Below the pieces are notes generated by a model. That model had not been told where the DNA came from, did not search any database, and worked only from the letters and a program-made list of their open reading frames with translations. A stretch of DNA of 63,472 nt, the filler included, from Circinaria calcarea (taxonomy: Eukaryota), in NCBI GenBank assembly GCA_051942165.1. It is 10 parts of 10 records of this genome, joined end to end, with 100 filler letters (N's around TTAATTAATTAA, not from the genome) between each part and the next. Parts side by side here need not be neighbours in the genome. Positions count along the whole stretch, not along the records: positions 6,369 to 12,635 come from JAVECS010001621.1; positions 12,736 to 18,997 come from JAVECS010001622.1; positions 19,098 to 25,357 come from JAVECS010001623.1; 7 more parts are not named here. One strand, given 5' to 3'. Made by a program: the position numbers and the translations under genes. Positions 8,160 through 20,637 of the stretch are shown here, in pieces. Positions within the stretch are counted from its first letter, which is position 1, and the number at the start of each line of letters is the position of its first letter.

Positions 8160-9524
8160 ATGCCTTATTCATATGATCGGTACGAGACTCAACGACGTAG
8201 GCAGACCTATGGCGCGTCCAGCCGGCGGACAACCTTGGGATATTGGGTGCCACTTGCAATCACGGTGACCGCTGCTACCATTGGATTGGCTGCCTGGATA
8301 TGGAGTGAGCGCAAGGACCACGATGATGAAGACGACGATAATAGAGGAGACGAGAGACCACCACCAACATATGGGCAAGTCACGCCTGGACAGAATGCTC
8401 ACGCGCGAGGGGCAGAAGGGTCTCATGCAGAAGATGAGAGTATGATGGCGCGTATGTCTGGTGCACTTCGACGTACGCCGAGTCCACAGCAGCTGTTCGA
8501 TGGCGCAAGTCGACGCGTAGTAGCTGGTGTTGCTGCTGCTGGGGCGGCTGTCGGTGGTGCTTTGTCGTCGATACGAGAAGAAGACAAGAGGGACTTTGAA
8601 GACCATTCGAGGTGGTCCGAGGAACCACAACATGGAGCGGGCAATACTTCCCGCCAAGCGGGTCTTCAGCTACGTGATTTCGAGGCCTCCGGACCAGTCA
8701 CTGCAGGTCGTCCGCAGATCCCATCAATCCGGCACCGGCCAGAAGATAGACGGAAAGCTGTGGCCATAGTGATTTCCGCAGAGCGAAAGCATCATGGTCA
8801 TGATAGTGAAGAAGAAGCCGCTTATCTGCAAGAGCATGCTGTTAGTTGCGCTCGAGGAGATAGTGATCAGAACATGCCACTGATATGACAGCAGTCTATT
8901 CTATCCCATCTACCGGAGCATATAGATGGAGACTCACGTCTCTTTGTACTGATCTACGCGCCAGACCTCACACAACATCCCCTAGCATCAAAACCACAGC
9001 CCCCGCAAGCTGCAGCCTCCCTTACCTCCTCATACTCGAATATAGGTCAGGATGACATCCACACGCCCAACGAAGAGCACAACAAACCTCTCTCATCCAT
9101 CGAACCCCACCCCATCTCTACTTCATCAAAATCCAGCATGTTCGACGCTTTATACGCTCAAGCCCAGGCTCTGGTTGAAAAGGACACCATGATCATGCCG
9201 TTCACTACTCCAAGTGGATACGTACACTTACTCCGCCATATAGCGCCCGAAATGGTCTATGTACAGGAGACCTTATCCGGACCTGGTGGAGATGCTGTAC
9301 TGCACATTGCGGGTTGGGTCGGTCAAGTGGTACTTGTGGTGGGCGACGAGAGCGGGCATGGGGGACTCGTCGATAGCGAAGATGAACGAGGAACACTGGG
9401 AGATGAACGGCGAGATCACTGGTGGCACTATCATCCTAAGATCGGGCTCGGCAAGGGCATTGAGGTCGTAGAGGGTCTCAATGTGGGCGATCACTGGAGG
9501 AAAAGGGTAAGAGGTCATGACTGA
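8160..9524 (+). CDS. Conserved Pezizomycotina protein with N-terminal TM helix, probably Pex22-like peroxin; intron about 8841-8894
   Basis: GYWVPLAITVTAATIGLAAWIWSER TM segment; splicing joins EHA to SILSHLPEHID and on into the 9138-9524 ORF. Family assignment is from recall. Confidence 0.6.
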
Positions 9525-10037
9525 GGCGATTCTTTGACCATTGTACCAGTACCGAATGGATCTGACCCTGACGCTCTACGCTACCCTACGCCATCCTTCT
9601 GTAGCTGTAAACACAAGTAGTACTCTCTGACACCATATCCGGCGCAAACGCCGAGAGTCGGCACTAAGCCCTACGAGGCCCGTATGATGCTTGTGATCCA
9701 CAACTCGGAGTGAAAGTATTCATTGTTCGACTGCGCCCAGCTCATCGCGGCGCTGCGCGAGACTTGGACCACGATCACATCATGTAGATTAGTACCCTTC
9801 TCCGCCATCTCCATCAAACTTGCAAACCGTCCACTGCCACCGACTCGTCTCGACCTCCGCAATCCGATTCTCAATATTCTACTAGACCCTGTCACCCTCT
9901 CACCCCACATGTCGAAACGAAGCAGGTCGAGACGTGCGAGTATCAAAACTCTAACTCTCGGGGCATAAAGCTGTGTCCCACAACGGCCAAGTCTCAGTCG
10001 GGGCTCCTCGTCGGTCGTCTTCCGGCCTTCATTGTCA

Positions 10038-12635
10038 ATGGCAGCTGTCATTCCTGCCAGATCGGCCCTGCCACAGCAGAAGTTGAAACGCCCGCCCCTC
10101 CCTTCGGTGCAGACAACCATCAACGGAGCCAAGTCTTCGCAGTCTTCCCCCTCCCCCTCCCTGGGCTCGAAGCGACCGCCGTCCGGTTTCAAGCATCCGC
10201 CAGCGGCATCGACGGTCAATGGGGCGAACGGCCCCATCAACGGAACAGCATCGCGCAGCAGCGTGAGGCGCAAAGACCCTCAAAAGCCAGGAGACATGTC
10301 AGCCCGTCAAGCCAGAAGTGCCAAAGCTGGCGGACCGGCCGAGGGGCTTCAAACCGACAAAAGGGCCACCAAGAGGATGCCTGAACCTTTTGGTAGGTCT
10401 CCGTGCACCTGTCGTCTCTGTTCATTGTTCCTCCGTGGCTAACTTTCTTCGGAACAACAGTCAGGACCACGTCCTACATGTTGAAGAAGTTCCGCAAGGC
10501 ATCTCCCTCACTTATCCTCCATCTACATCCTACCCATTTTCGATTCGACCAGCAAGATGGAAGTTTCTCCTACAATTCAGCCATGAAGGTCCTCCTCGAG
10601 CATATCAAATCTCAGACCGTACCTCATGACATGTTGGAAGACCTCGTTCATGCCGGAGTGAAGTTCTATGAAGGTACGTATGGCGTGTCTTATGGGTAAC
10701 CTTTGATACTGATGTTACGTGATAAGGATGTCTCATCATCCAGATACAAGATCATAGGAGTTCTTCGGCGGTATCACAGACCTCGCCTAGCACCTTGAAT
10801 CGGGATAAGAACACGCCCTTCTCTATCCACAATTACAATGAGCACTTGACTCCCTCCCCTTTTGTGCCTTATCCACATTCCACTGAACCTGCCAGCACGG
10901 CCAAGGATGCGGCATCCGTAACACAGAGTGATGTGGCAATACTAGAAACAGAAAAGGAAAATCAGCCATCATCAACATCCAACCCTCCATCTAAAGGTCC
11001 AAAGATCTTCACGACCGTTCTTTTTCCTACCCCCATGTCATTACAGGAGGAAATCATCGCCTATGCTAATACACCTGATAATCGGTCCAACAATCGCAAA
11101 CAATCGCAGGTGAACGGCCGTACCCCTGCATCTGCGACATTTCCCCAACCTGCGACTCCGCTATCTGCCGTACCCCCAACACCCTCTGCTTCTGGGCCTC
11201 CGGCTAAAAAACAAAAGATGATGATTAGCGGAAAGGATATACCTGCATTCGAAGCCAAGCTTATAGCAGCTAGTGCATCTCCGCTTTATCTGGAGCCAGT
11301 GGATAGTCTGCAAGAGGCCCAAATCGTCTTGCAGGCTCTTCAAGATCCATTATTCCAGAACAAACCCCCGGCGCCAAAAACACGCAAGAGGACTGTTGCA
11401 GAGTTGGCAGCTGATGAGGCTCTTGCAGCGGAGGAGCAACGCTTCATGCTCATAATGGACGAGCGATTAGTCCCTTCAGCAAACGCTGCAGCTTGCAATA
11501 CTGCTGCAGCTGATGGAGAAAGCGGGGCAGCTTCTTTCGAGCCGCGATTTGAGAGATTTAAAGCACTGGAGGAGATTAAATTGAATCATCTAGAGAAGGC
11601 TCGAAGGGACCAGGAGATGAAGGTCCTCCAGCAGCAGGCAAGCAAAGCAAAACAAGAGCAGCAAGAACAGCAAGCGCGACAACTTAACGAGCAAAAGTTA
11701 CGAGAAGCACAACAACAACAAGAGCTCGCACGGCGGTACCAAACCCAGAAGATACAGCTGCAAGCTCTACAGCAGCATCAGATGGCAGCAAGTCAGAATC
11801 CACATGCGCATCCGCCAACGTCAAACGGCATGATGAACAACAATACTCAGCAAGTACAGGCCCATCATTCATCGCCTGTTCCGCGAAACCTCACGCCGCA
11901 CAATAATAGTAATTCTTCTCCTCTTGTTGGTGGTGTCATGGTCAGCCATTCAGGACATAGTATGCCTATGACGGCGACTACTTCCAACCAAGGTGCAGGG
12001 AGTCCATCTCGTCCTGGATCTGCTCTTCAGCATGCTCATCCAGGCGTCGCGGCTGCGATGGTTAACCAACGCGGTCAGCAGCCACCTAGTCGGAACGGTA
12101 CCCCCCAAATGCCAAACGGAACTCCGCGCCTACAGCAACCGACCCCGGTGCCACGACACAACACTCCAACGCCTAGGATGAGTCAAGCCAGTCCGGTAAG
12201 CTCTGCCATGGTGTCAACACCGGTCATGGGAGCAGCCATGATGGCCATTCCGCACATGACCAGCCAGCATTTAACGCCTCAGCAGCAAGTCATGATACAG
12301 CAACGTCAACAGCAACAGCAACAACAAGCAGCCGCAGCGGCAGCTTTTGCTAATCAGCAGCATGGTATGCAAGGTTCGCCTCCAATGAATCAAATGTCCC
12401 CGCAAAACCTTCAACAACTCGCTGCCCATCAAGCCCATCAACAAGCCCAAGCCAATCGCTCTAACATGGCACATCAGGAACTGTACCGCCAACAACTGCA
12501 AACCCTCAGCCATCAGTCGGTAAGTGGTGGTAACGCTAACGGTACCCCTCACCTTGGCTCCTCCAACATGGCTATGCAACAGCAGCACGCAGGACAGCAG
12601 CAATTGTCTCCGCAGCAACAACAACAACAACAACA
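10038..12635 (+). CDS. SPT20: SAGA complex subunit Spt20, multi-exon, 3' truncated in poly-Q
   Basis: SLILHLHPTHFRFDQQDGSFSYN...GVKFYEG-CLIIQIQDHR Spt20 domain; Q/P-rich C-terminus. Confidence 0.88.
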
Positions 12636-12735
12636 NNNNNNNNNNNNNNNNNNNNNNNNNNNNNNNNNNNNNNNNNNNNTTAATTAATTAANNNNNNNNN
12701 NNNNNNNNNNNNNNNNNNNNNNNNNNNNNNNNNNN

Positions 12736-13030
12736 AATTTATATATAATTTTAAAATATATATAATAAAAAATATTTTTATTATAATTTTTTAATATTAA
12801 ATTTTTTTTATTAATAATTAATTTATAAATTTATTTTTTTAAATAAAAAATTTAATTTCGATAATTATTTCGAAATTATATTAAACGAATATTTAAAATA
12901 ATCACGAATAATTAATTTTTATAATCGATTATTTAATAATTAATTATTAATAATCGATTTCAATAATTAATACCACCGAGCGGGGTTTTAAATAACGCGA
13001 AGAATCGAATAATATATATATATTAATTAT
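12736..13030. repeat. AT-rich, RIP-degenerated repeat remnant
   Basis: Very AT-rich with many TpA, few CpA/TpG and CpG kept (tcga, acga). Confidence 0.75.
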
Positions 13031-13750
13031 TCTTACCCGCCCCCACTATATAAAACGGCGGCTTGGATATTAATTGGTAACGATGGTATAAAAATCAATC
13101 TGATAGAGATAATCTGATAGCGGCTTCCTCCGTTTGCATCGGCGGAGGTAAATCGGTTTTGGGTACGGAGCTATTTAATATTACATGGCTCAAAGCCAAC
13201 GGTGAAGGAAGGGGATTTGAATAGGTAGTGATTGCTATTCTAAAACACGTTGTCTATTGGTCCTGAGTTGACTCGGGGATTTTTCAGCGGATATAAGCTG
13301 TGCGGGGTGTGCCGCTCCGAAGACGCGTTTAACACAGTTGCAGAACCTCCTATTCTTAACATAAGCCTTCATATCTGTAAGGCTATAGCCCTCTCGATTG
13401 AACAAGCGAGTCGCTCGTTATGCATTTCTTTACCTTAATCAATCCGTGCCGCCAGACCACATGTTTTATAAGCTTATTAAAGTTGTATTCGCATTATTCC
13501 CTCCGACATGTTATCCTCTGTTGAATAACTGCCGTCCCCGGTCTTATTACATTAACAAATATATACTTCTTAGCTGACGTTTATCCGGAACATGTTTTAT
13601 TCTATAAATTAGTGGCGAACGATAGCTTGTATTAAGCTTTAGACCCGTTGCTATAACCCGTTGCTATAAACCTTTTTATTAAAAAAAAGGCATTTTTAGA
13701 TAAACCCCACTTTTAAAGATTGATTAACTCGTATTAAAAGCATTTACAAG

Positions 13751-15729
13751 ATGACCGAGTCTGAGCCTGCCAGGCCAAAGGCGGCCCGGCCCCAAAATAA
13801 TACAGGACGCAGTATCTCGTTCCCTTTTCCCGTTCAGCGTTCTCTACTAGCTACGAACTCATGGCAGTCATCACCCCATCTGCCGTCAGAGTCGCTCTCC
13901 AGAGAGGTCGCTGCTATGGAATCCGTAAACCCAAACAGACGGCCAGCAACCTGGTTCCAAGCCCCAAGATCCTCAAGGTTTTCTGGCCACTTCATCAAAG
14001 ATAATTTTGTCTACCTTGGGGATAAATCCAGCTTTACTCCCTCCTTTGATTCTTCAAGGAATCTGGAACATGATGGAATGGACGGCACAGACTTGGAGGC
14101 TACAACAACTACGTTGGAAAAGAAGCTGACAGCCTTATTAACGAAAGATCCAGATCTGGTCAGTAAGTTCCACCGGCAAAGGCTAAGAAACTGTGGCTAA
14201 GTGGTCGAATACAGGTCATCTGGAGTATAGATGATCCAGAATACCCGAAGAATTGGACCCGCAAGAAAAAATGGGCGGCCACGCTCGTGGTTTCTGCATT
14301 TACATTTATATCTCCCGTGTCATCGTCAATGGTCGCCCCCGCCATATCATCTATATCGCTACAATTCAATATCACGAACTCTGTTGCACAACAGCTGATA
14401 ATATCGATATTCATTATAGGCTATACTATTGGCCCCTTGCTCATGGTAAGATCTGAACGCTCGGGTAGCGTCCGTGAGCGCAAAGAAAACCACTAAACTG
14501 GCTAACCTCTATAGGGCCCTTTATCTGAAATCCATGGGAGAGTTCCGGTTTTCCAATTTGCAAACTTATGGTTTCTCATAGCCAATACTATCTGTGGATT
14601 TACCCAGAGCAGCGGTCAGATCATTGCTTTTCGTTTTCTTGCCGGCTTAGGGGGGAGTGCTCCACTTGCTGTATGTGTTTCTTGGTGCACCCTGATAGAT
14701 GATGCTGACTATCAACAGCTAGGTGGGGGCGTTATTAGCGATATTTGGAGAGCCGAAGAAAGAGGTCGAGCAATTAGTATATACAGTCTTGCCCCTCTTC
14801 TAGGTCCAGCCCTCGGGCCTATGGCCGGTGGCTTTATTGCAGAGAACACCACTTGGCGCTGGGTGTTTTATTCTATTTCCATCGTGGACGCTGTTATACT
14901 TTTTGTCGGCTTCTTCCTTCTTCCAGAGACTTATTCGCCAAAACTTCTACAAATCAAGGCCAACAGATTGCGGAAACTCACCGGCAACAAGAAACTACAC
15001 ACTGTGTTTGAGCATCCCGAACGTAGCAGGTCTAATATGGTGAAACGCTCCCTGTACCGACCTTTCAAGCTTTTAAGCACGCAACCAATTGTGCAGGTAC
15101 TGGCTATACACCTGGCATTTTTATATGGGCTTATCTATCTCGTCCTATCGACGTTTCCGCCTCTCTGGGAGCAACGCTATAATGAATCAATTGGGATTGG
15201 AGGACTTAATTACCTTTCTCTTGGGATAGGATTCCTAATCGGTGCACAGCTTTCGGCCAATTTCAACGACCGGATCTACAAGCGCTTGAAGGCCAAAAAC
15301 GATGGTGTAGGCCTTCCAGAGTTCCGCGTCCCACTTATGTTCCTCGGTAGCGCTTTCGTTCCAATCGGCCTTTTCATCTACGGGTGGACAGCCTATTATT
15401 GTACGCATTGGATCTTTCCTAACATTGGTGCGGCTATTTTTAGTGCTGGAATCATCGTCGGCTCCCAGTGCATCCAGACATACTTGGTGGATGCCTACAC
15501 GATGTATGTTGCCTCTGCAGTAGGGGCGGCAGTGGTGTTACGAAGCTTGGCAGGATTTGCCTTTCCACTGTTCGCTCCGTACATGTACGCCGCGTTGGAT
15601 TACGGATGGGGTAATAGCGTGCTTGCTCTTTGCGGGATCGTCTTGGGCGTCCCAGGGCCGCTGCTGGTCTGGAAGTATGGCCAGAAGCTACGAGTAAGAA
15701 GTCCGTATGCCGCAGGCGGTGATGGCTAG
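13751..15729 (+). CDS. MFS drug:H+ antiporter (DHA1 family), multi-exon; start may be 13751 or 13916
   Basis: WSIDDPEYPKNWTRKKKW, GPLSEIHGRVPV, FRFLAGLGGSAPL, EERGRA, WRWVFY, LPETY, PEFRVP motifs. Confidence 0.92.
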
Positions 15730-15861
15730 GGTAGCCCAGGTGGTTTGAGAGTTGTTTTCCGTCATAGAAGGAGTTAACAAACATAGATAAGAAGATGGCT
15801 ATTGCTTTGATAGATTTTAGAAAGAATAGATTGCTAGCGCGGATTAATTATCTCCTCCAAG

Positions 15862-16356
15862 CTAATCTTTCGCCACCGCCCTTCCATCCCGAACCTTATA
15901 CCCATCCACATCCGTCCCATCATCAAAATCCATCGGTAGATACTCATCCACCTTCTTGATTTTCCCTTCCTCATCGATCCCCAACACAAAACAGACATGC
16001 GTCGCGAACCTCTTCCCCGTCGCCTCCCTCGCGGGTAAGATATCCCGCGCAAACACGCCTTTGAAGATCAGCTGCACCACGGCCCCGGTGGGCGTTGGCT
16101 GAATGCCGTACGTCTCTGTCTGGAAGTCGTCGTGCGAGCCGAGCCAGCGCCGGCGGGACTGGTCGAATGCCTCATGGGTGGTGAGGTGCAGGCGGATGAA
16201 GTGGTCGTACCAGACCGCGTTCGGGGCGAAGGGCGCGAGGAATTGGGCGCTCGGGAGGGAGAGCCCGGCGGCCCAGTTGTCCCGGAAGGTCATGGCGACG
16301 GAGAGGTTGGTTGCGAGGGTTGGGGGGTCGGTGCTGCCGCGGCTGCTGGTGGACAT
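15862..16356 (-). CDS. SnoaL/NTF2-like fold protein, 164 aa, intronless
   Basis: FAPNAVWYDH, ATGKRFATHVCFVLGIDEEGKIKKVDEY. The GC-rich coding signal starts at ATG 16356; the longer 297-aa ORF call extends into AT-rich non-coding sequence. Confidence 0.75.
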   Translation of the reverse strand: MSTSSRGSTDPPTLATNLSVAMTFRDNWAAGLSLPSAQFLAPFAPNAVWYDHFIRLHLTTHEAFDQSRRRWLGSHDDFQTETYGIQPTPTGAVVQLIFKGVFARDILPAREATGKRFATHVCFVLGIDEEGKIKKVDEYLPMDFDDGTDVDGYKVRDGRAVAKD

Positions 16357-16901
16357 GGCCGGACGGTGATAGGGAGCGAGAAGAGGACGGTCCTTGTTAA
16401 ATGCCAGAATTTTCCTGTTCGAGTTGGGCAGGCGCGAGTATATTATGCTGTCAGGGCGGTGGGAGGGACTCCGAGTGTGTGTTATATTAAGCCCTAGATT
16501 CAAATCACCCCCGGTGTAGTGCATGAAATCAGCACACGGACTACTAACGGGAAAGTGCCTCAGCATAGGTACCCATGCTGATATGCCATATAGGATTACG
16601 TGAGGATAAGGGGATAAAGCTTGAAGGGGGCATTTAAGGGTTACATTCGGCAGATCGTCCATTATAAAGGTAAAAGGGTTATCAGAATATTCTTTTTGCG
16701 GAGCTAAGAAAGAAGTCTGAGGCCTCCGGAGCTTGCGGAGGTGGCGCTGAGCCAAAAAAGGGTTGATAGACCAAAATATTACTAATATAAAATATTACCG
16801 AATCACAAAGGGGGATGCAGAGCTTTCAAGTAGGCTGAAGATGTATATTTTAGCACGCTATTTCATATGCTATTTTAATCTGGCAGTATCTATCAGCATC
16901 T

Positions 16902-18290
16902 CTATGCAGTCGCCATCGCAACCCGGACTCCGTTATTCAGCGTAAGAGACAGCGTCAACTGTTCTCTAAACTCGGTCGGATCACGGTTCTCAATCCGCGC
17001 AAAATGTTTTACCAGTCGCGCTGTGGTGTAACCAGCCTCAGTGATGGCGAAGCGCTGTCCGGGGCAGATACGGGGTCCCCGGTTGAAGGGTAAGTATTCC
17101 CAACCAGGGCGAAGTTTCTCCCACCGGTCGGGCTTGAAGTCGTCTGCATCGACACCGAAAAGCTCTTTGCGTCGGTGCATCACATAGGTACTGTAAGTGA
17201 CAACATTGTTCTTCTTGAGGAAGAGAGGGGAATTGCCGTCGGGCCCTCCACCATACGGGATCGCAACGTCTTTGTTCGCCATGCGGCTGTTGGTCGCGAT
17301 AGGAGGGAAGAGGCGGAGAGTCTCTTGGATGACGTAGCGAAGGTAAGTCATCCGTTGGAGAGCCTCGTAGGTCATTGGCTCTTCCCAGCCCTCAACGACC
17401 TCGGTTCGGAGTTTCTGCCATACCTCTGGTCTCCTGGCGAGCGTATAGAAAATAAAGCTGAGGAGTCCGGCAGTGGTATCACGAGCGGCGAGAAGCATAT
17501 TGATAATCTGGTCACTAAGCATAACAGGATCGTTGCAATCTTGAGTAAGTTCGTTCAGGAAGATGTACTGTTTGCGGACGCCTTCAGATTTTTCATCTTG
17601 CAGGCTATTTTTATTGTTGCGGATATTAAGTGCCTTTTTTATAAACTTATCGGCGAATGCATGTACAGTCGCGCATGCTTCCCTGAAAAATTTATCGTGA
17701 TGAATCCACATGATTTTTCCCAACCGGAGTCGATAGATTGTGCCTTGCTGAGCATAGTCCAGCACGTTGTGGAAAGCATATGCGGACTCGGAAGCATTCG
17801 GGGAGAGCAAGCCGACAGACTTACTGAAGAGGTACTTGGTGTTGGAATCCAAGACCTGTATATATCAGCAAGGCATATTCCGATTGGAAATTGGAAGGGC
17901 AAGCATTAACCATACGGAAAAAGAGCTGTTGGAGGTCGGTGGCGGTTCCATTAGTAGGGATCAATGAAATGAGCTGGTCGATATGGGATTCATAGATATT
18001 TAAGTCGACGATTTGAGCTCGATTGAATACAGGCCGTATTAAAGCTCGTTGGTGTTCCCACCCCTTATCATCTTATATGAAAATATCTCTCCCCAGGAGG
18101 GGTCTAGCGCTACCGCGTCTCAGTGGGCCCATATTAAAATTTTGGAACTATATTACGAGGACGGTTTAAAGAACTTTGGGATCATAAATATATAATATTA
18201 TTCTAAAAAAAATATTAATAATAAATATAATATTATATCGTTTATAACGTTTTCTAAATTTATTAAAGAATTTAAATTCCCGGGCTATCA
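16902..18290 (-). pseudogene. Cytochrome P450 (CYP52-like clan), 5' exon inactivated by nonsense mutations
   Basis: AARDTT I-helix, ETLR, PDRW, PFNRGPRICPG heme motif. The upstream exon reads DPKVL*TVLVI*FQNF...LLGRDIFI*DDKGWEHQRALIRP, with stops at about 18166, 18148 and 18073. Confidence 0.85.
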
Positions 18291-18469
18291 TCATTGTCCG
18301 CAGCATTCATTAAGGATGCCACGTTAATTTAAGGTTCGCGCTACCACTATTTGCACGCGCTAACGATTTTTGAATTATTCGAGTCGGAACCATTCGCATT
18401 CGAATAAATGAGAACTGAATTTTCGATCGTTTTTAATATTTTTGACGCGTTAAATAGAGGGGAGTCAGC

Positions 18470-18997
18470 TCTAATGAATGCCGTAAAAATATTGAAAAAC
18501 CGTTGATTTTTCGTTATCATATTCAACTGCAAAAATCGTATGTCGCTGCGCGACATAGGCCAATACTTCGTATTTCGGCGCAACACCACAGGCACTTTCA
18601 TGTGTACGCCGCAGTGCAATGCGCCATCATTATAATAAAAATGTAGTTAGAGCATTTAATAGAGTTTATTAAACGCATTCCAATGCCGTAAAAATTTTCA
18701 AAATCGAACGAGAATTGCGTGAGCAGTAGCAGTGGGGGAATTTACAGTAGAATGGCGTTATTCCGGCTGCGTCGCTTCCATTCTGATTGAATCGGAATTT
18801 CGGAGTCGTAGTATACAATTCGAATGCACGGCGCATTGCAATGCTCCACGACTATGAAGAAATTCTAGTAAGTGCATTTCGAAGACCTTATTCAGCGCAT
18901 TCCAACGCCGTTTCAGTTTTCAAAATCGAATGAAAATTGAGTGCGCAATAGTAGATGGGGAATCCGCAATAAAAAGGCATATATTCCGGCGGCTTCG
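18470..18997. repeat. Degenerate tandem repeat, period 222 bp (74 codons)
   Basis: GCATTCCAA.GCCGT...TTTTCAAAATCGAA.GA.AATTG at 18675 and 18897; TGCAATGC.CCA at about 18615 and 18837; partial third copy near 18478. Confidence 0.7.
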
Positions 18998-20637
18998 NNN
19001 NNNNNNNNNNNNNNNNNNNNNNNNNNNNNNNNNNNNNNNNNTTAATTAATTAANNNNNNNNNNNNNNNNNNNNNNNNNNNNNNNNNNNNNNNNNNNNAAT
19101 TTTGGCGTCATTAGATTTCAGCGGCTTTTTGGGGGAACGGGAATGGAAACGGGGCAGGAGAAACGGAAACGGGGACGGGGGGCGGACGGATATCAGTAAA
19201 AGCAAAAGCAAAACAAAAGGAAAAGTAAGCAAGTCATAGGGGCCTTTGTTATCGCGTGCCTGTTTTTATTTTTATTTTGCGAAATAATCTGCCGGCGGCC
19301 TTCCGTTTTTCCCTCTTTTTTCCGCGGGAAAGAAAAAATTGGGATCGGCTAACCGGGTCATTTGTTTTTCTCTCTCTATCGGCACCCCCTTTTTCTTTCT
19401 TCTCAAAGACCTCTTTCATTCATGTGCACGCCAATTGCCCCGCATTCATATTCCTAAAGATCTTTGGTTTTTTCTTCTAAAAACTCGGTTTTTTCGTAAC
19501 GGGTGGGCGGTGCGGGTGTAACTTCCCTTGAATCTCAAATCCTTTTCCTTTAGGGCTTAGAGAAAGAGAAAGAGAAAGAGAAGAGGGTTAGGTTTTTGAA
19601 GGAAAAAAAGAAAGGGAAAGAAGAAAAGTTCAGGGTTGTCGAGCTTAGGGCTGTGGGAGGGACCATGGATTCGATTGGATTGTGGTCTTGGAAGTGGATA
19701 GACCCCTTTCACCTCCCTTGAAACAGAAAGAAAGAGAAATGGAAGCGATGGGATGAGGAAGACAATATATAGGGTCGTGCTTAGAGGATATTGGTTTTGT
19801 GGGTTTCCAGGACGCATGGAAAAAGTGAGAAAAGAGGGGATTTGGCTGTATTACTATGAGGAAAGGGAGCGTGTGAGGGAAGGCCATGTTACATGATAGG
19901 GACCGGGGTTTCTCCCAGACATGAAAATATATCGATCAGAGTGGGTGGTACGGGGTTCGAGATGGGCTTTTTACTGATCGATTACTGGGGTCTTACATCG
20001 AACCCCCCTTTTTTTGGGGGTGGGAGGGGGGTTTTAGGCTGATGCTCGTAGACCTCAACGAAACATTCCAAAAAGAAATCTGTCAATTGGAACATTTTCG
20101 CAACCGGAAGACGGAGGTAACACTCGCTTACTCCACCTCCTCCCCCCGCCGGGGCCTTCTTTAAAGTCTTTCGGATCGGTGCAAGGGAGCTTCTCAGCTT
20201 CTCAGCTTCAGAAAGCGGGGGAGACCAAGTAGACCGTGCAAGTACGGGTCCGCGGGAAGAGATTTCTCGCGGTCCCTAGAGCTCGAATGATGACGTGCCA
20301 TGGCGGAGTTATCCTATAGCGATCAGAGGGGAGAGAGCTTGTGTACGGAGAAAGGGACCAGGCAAGGGAAGGACCTTACAGGCTATTGCTAGAACCTCGA
20401 ACGGCTGTTGTGAGAAGTCGGATCTCGAAAGATAGGCTGTGGGTGATGGGGAGAACCTCCTAAGCTGGCCCTGATTTACTGGAGCGAAGTTGAATGACTT
20501 GAAGCATGAGGATGATTGGCACTATTGCTAGAAAAGGAAAAAGTTGAACGCGTTTGACAGGGGATTGTGAAGAGTAACAGAGACTATAATGAAAACGGTG
20601 CTATATCCGTAAGGTAGAAACTGAAGACTCGTTCCGG

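Noticed and set aside
11620..12635. Poly-Q and CAA/CAG tracts
   Set aside because: Ordinary for fungal Spt20; they explain the contig break.
16357..16755. N-terminal 133 aa of the 297-aa ORF call
   Set aside because: Non-ATG start in AT-rich promoter-like sequence; the coding signature begins at ATG 16356.
19098..20060. Purine/pyrimidine-skewed low-complexity region with short ORFs
   Set aside because: Looks like degenerate repeat or intergenic DNA; no alignable unit or motif found.
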